From Pseudodesulfovibrio mercurii (GTDB taxonomy: Bacteria; Desulfobacterota; Desulfovibrionia; Desulfovibrionales; Desulfovibrionaceae): a stretch of DNA of 32,000 nt. Both the position numbers and the translations under genes were made by a program. The stretch lies in the NCBI RefSeq assembly GCF_000189295.2, contig NC_016803.1, positions 120,001 through 152,000 on the forward strand. Reading direction: 5' to 3'. How positions within the stretch are numbered: position 1 is the first letter of the stretch; the number at the start of each line of letters is the position of its first letter. Below the pieces are notes generated by a model. It did not search any database, had not been told where the DNA came from, and saw nothing but the letters and a program-made list of their open reading frames with translations. Of this stretch, positions 29,775 through 32,000 are shown in pieces.

Positions 29775-32000
29775 ATGATCAAAAGGACGCTCCGAGTAAA
29801 TGGAGTCTCCAGGAACGTAGTGTGCGAGCCTGAAGAGTCCCTGGCCAACGTGTTGCGCCAGAACCTGGGATTGACCAGCGTCAAGATCGGTTGCGGCACC
29901 GGTCAGTGCGGAAGTTGCACCATCCTGCGGGATGACAAGCTGGTCCGGTCCTGCACCGTCAAGATGAAGCGTGTCCCGAACAACACCAAAATCATGACCC
30001 TGGAGGGCCTCGGCACTCCCGACAACCTGCATCCCATTCAGATGGCCTGGATCGCCTACGGCGGAGCGCAGTGCGGCTTCTGCTCCCCCGGCTTCCTGGT
30101 CTCCACCTATGCGCTTTTGACCGAGAATCCGAGCCCCACCCGCGAGGAAATCCGCGACTGGTTCCAGCAGCACAAGAACGTCTGCCGCTGCACCGGTTAC
30201 AAACCCCTGGTCGACGCCGTCATGGCCGCCGCCGAGGTCATGCGCGGCGACAAGTCCATGGATGATCTGATCTTCAAGATCCCCGAGAGCGGTCGCATCT
30301 GGAACACCCGGTATCCGCGTCCGTCCGCCGTGGCCAAGGTCACCGGCACCTGGGACTTCGGCGCCGACATGGGTCTGCGCCTGCCCCCGGGAACCCTGCA
30401 CTGCGAACTGGTCCAGGCCGAGGTTTCCCACGCCAACATCCTGTCCATCGACGTGACCGAGGCCGAGGCCGTGCCCGGCGTCTACAAGGTCGTGACCCAC
30501 AAGGACGTCAAGGGCAAGAACCGCATCACCGGTCTGATCACCTTCCCGACCAACCTCGGCGACGGCTGGGATCGTCCCATCCTGTGCGACGAGAAGGTCT
30601 TCCAGTACGGCGACGCCATCGCCATCGTCTGCGCCGACACCCCGCAGGCGGCCAAGGAAGGCGCCAAGAAGGTCAAGGTCGAACTCGAGCAGCTGCCCGA
30701 GTACATGTCCGCCCCGGCGGCCATGGCCGAGGACGCCATCGAGATCCACCCCGGCACCCCCAACGTCTACTACATCCAGAAGGAAGCCAAGGGACCGGAC
30801 ACCAAGCCCATCTTCGAGAAGGCCGACGTGGTCGTGGAAGGCGACTACTACACCCAGCGCCAGCCCCACATGCCCATCGAGCCCGACGTAGGGTTCGCCT
30901 ACATGGGTGAGGACGACAAGCTGTTCATCCACTCCAAATCCATCGGCATCCATCTGCATCTGCTGATGATCGCCCCCGGTCTGGGCCTGGAGCCCGACAA
31001 GATCGCCCTGGTCCAGAACCCGACCGGCGGCACCTTCGGCTACAAGTTCTCCCCGACCATGGAAGCGCTGGTCGGCGCGGCGGCCCTGGCCACCGGCCGT
31101 CCCGTGTTCCTGAACTACACCTGGAAACAGCAGCAGCAGTACACCGGCAAGCGTTCCCCGCAGTTCACCACCGTGCGCCTGGCCTCCACCAAGGACGGCA
31201 AGCTGCTCGGCATGGAGACCGACTGGACCGTGGACCACGGCCCGTACTCCGAGTTCGGCGACCTGCTGACCCTGCGCGGCGCGCAGTACATCGGCGCCGG
31301 TTACGACATCCCGGCCATTCGCGGCGAGGGCCGCACCGTGTGCACCAACCACTGCTGGGGCGCGGCCTTCCGCGGCTACGGCGCTCCCGAGGCGGAGTTC
31401 CCCTCCGAGGTGTGCATGGACGAGCTGGCCGAGAAGCTGGGCATGGACCCGCTGGAACTGCGTTACAAGAACGCCTACCGCAAGGGTTCCACCACCCCCA
31501 CCGGCCAGGATCCCGAGGTCTACTCCCTGCCTGAGATGATCGACAAGGTCCGTCCCAAGTACGAGGAGTTCAAGAAGATCGCCGCCGAGAAATCCACCGA
31601 CGCCGTGAAGTACGGCGTGGGCGTGTCCATCGGCGTGTACGGTTCCGGTCTGGACGGCCCGGACACCGCCGAGGTCGATATCGCCCTGAACGAGGACAAC
31701 ACCGTCACGGTGTACTCCGCCTGGGGCGACCACGGCCAGGGCGCGGACATGGGTACCCTGGGCACCGCCCACGAGGCCCTGCGTCCCCTGAGCCTGACCC
31801 CGGATCAGATCCACCTGATGATGGGCGACACCAGCAACTCCCCCGCGGCCGGTCCCGCCGGCGGCAGCCGCTCCCAGGTCGTCGTCGGTCAGGCCACCAA
31901 GAACGCCTGTGATCAGCTCGTGGCCGCCATGCGGAAGCCCAACGGCGCCTTCCGCACCTACAAGGAAATGGTCGATGACGGTCTGGCAGTGCTCTATCAC
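29775..32000 (+). CDS. mop: Aldehyde oxidoreductase (xanthine-oxidase-family molybdenum enzyme, MOP type), N-terminal 742 codons; continues past the right edge
   Basis: Not in the ORF track because it is open at the window edge. The ATG at 29775 follows AGGAGGA. My translation is MIKRTLRVNGVSRNVVCEPEESLANVLRQNLGLTSVKIGCGTGQCGSCTIL...GGAQCGFCSPGF...CRCTGYKPLVDAVM...ITGLITFPTNLGDGWDRPILCDEKVFQYGD...RQPHMPIEPDV...GGTFGYKF...QQQQYTGKRSP...GPYSEFGDLLTLRGAQ...FRGYGAP...LGMDPLELRYKNAY. It is collinear and highly similar to D. gigas MOP as I remember it, including the two 2Fe-2S motifs. Confidence 0.9.
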   Translation, partial: MIKRTLRVNGVSRNVVCEPEESLANVLRQNLGLTSVKIGCGTGQCGSCTILRDDKLVRSCTVKMKRVPNNTKIMTLEGLGTPDNLHPIQMAWIAYGGAQCGFCSPGFLVSTYALLTENPSPTREEIRDWFQQHKNVCRCTGYKPLVDAVMAAAEVMRGDKSMDDLIFKIPESGRIWNTRYPRPSAVAKVTGTWDFGADMGLRLPPGTLHCELVQAEVSHANILSIDVTEAEAVPGVYKVVTHKDVKGKNRITGLITFPTNLGDGWDRPILCDEKVFQYGDAIAIVCADTPQAAKEGAKKVKVELEQLPEYMSAPAAMAEDAIEIHPGTPNVYYIQKEAKGPDTKPIFEKADVVVEGDYYTQRQPHMPIEPDVGFAYMGEDDKLFIHSKSIGIHLHLLMIAPGLGLEPDKIALVQNPTGGTFGYKFSPTMEALVGAAALATGRPVFLNYTWKQQQQYTGKRSPQFTTVRLASTKDGKLLGMETDWTVDHGPYSEFGDLLTLRGAQYIGAGYDIPAIRGEGRTVCTNHCWGAAFRGYGAPEAEFPSEVCMDELAEKLGMDPLELRYKNAYRKGSTTPTGQDPEVYSLPEMIDKVRPKYEEFKKIAAEKSTDAVKYGVGVSIGVYGSGLDGPDTAEVDIALNEDNTVTVYSAWGDHGQGADMGTLGTAHEALRPLSLTPDQIHLMMGDTSNSPAAGPAGGSRSQVVVGQATKNACDQLVAAMRKPNGAFRTYKEMVDDGLAVLYH

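Overview
High-GC chromosomal segment that looks like a Desulfovibrionaceae-type sulfate reducer. It carries a qrcABCD-type menaquinone reductase operon. It also carries an aldehyde oxidoreductase that matches my memory of Desulfovibrio gigas MOP almost residue for residue. I support 33 protein genes. I found no rRNA, tRNA, CRISPR array, transposase, integrase, phage gene or recognisable defence gene.

Gene content from left to right:
- mazG (partial) and cvpA on the minus strand
- rfbC and manC (sugar-nucleotide genes)
- qrcABCD
- an orphan TAXI-family solute-binding lipoprotein
- a four-gene polar amino-acid ABC transporter
- cbiC
- a four-subunit oorDABC-type 2-oxoacid:ferredoxin oxidoreductase
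- a NIDO-domain PEP-CTERM secreted protein behind a sigma-54-type promoter
- a FlgO-like lipoprotein and a purine nucleoside phosphorylase on the minus strand
- a co-directional string: motA, motB, pilZ, biotin carboxylase, fused AccA-AccD carboxyltransferase, a tandem biotinyl-like protein, a 113-aa unknown protein and ssb
- an XRE-cupin regulator divergent from a YbaK-type deacylase
- a MoeA-like protein and mop, which runs off the right edge

Most of the window is ordinary housekeeping and energy metabolism. I do not see a clear-cut new multi-gene system. The least-explained pieces are:
- the PilZ gene wedged between the stator genes and an atypical acetyl-CoA carboxylase set
- the two-domain BCCP-like protein with non-canonical lysine motifs
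- the NIDO/PEP-CTERM protein with its sigma-54 promoter
- twin 16-bp operators in the XRE-cupin/ybaK intergenic region
- several exact repeats and palindromes in promoter regions

All functional calls come from reading the translated ORFs and recalling family motifs. No database search was run.
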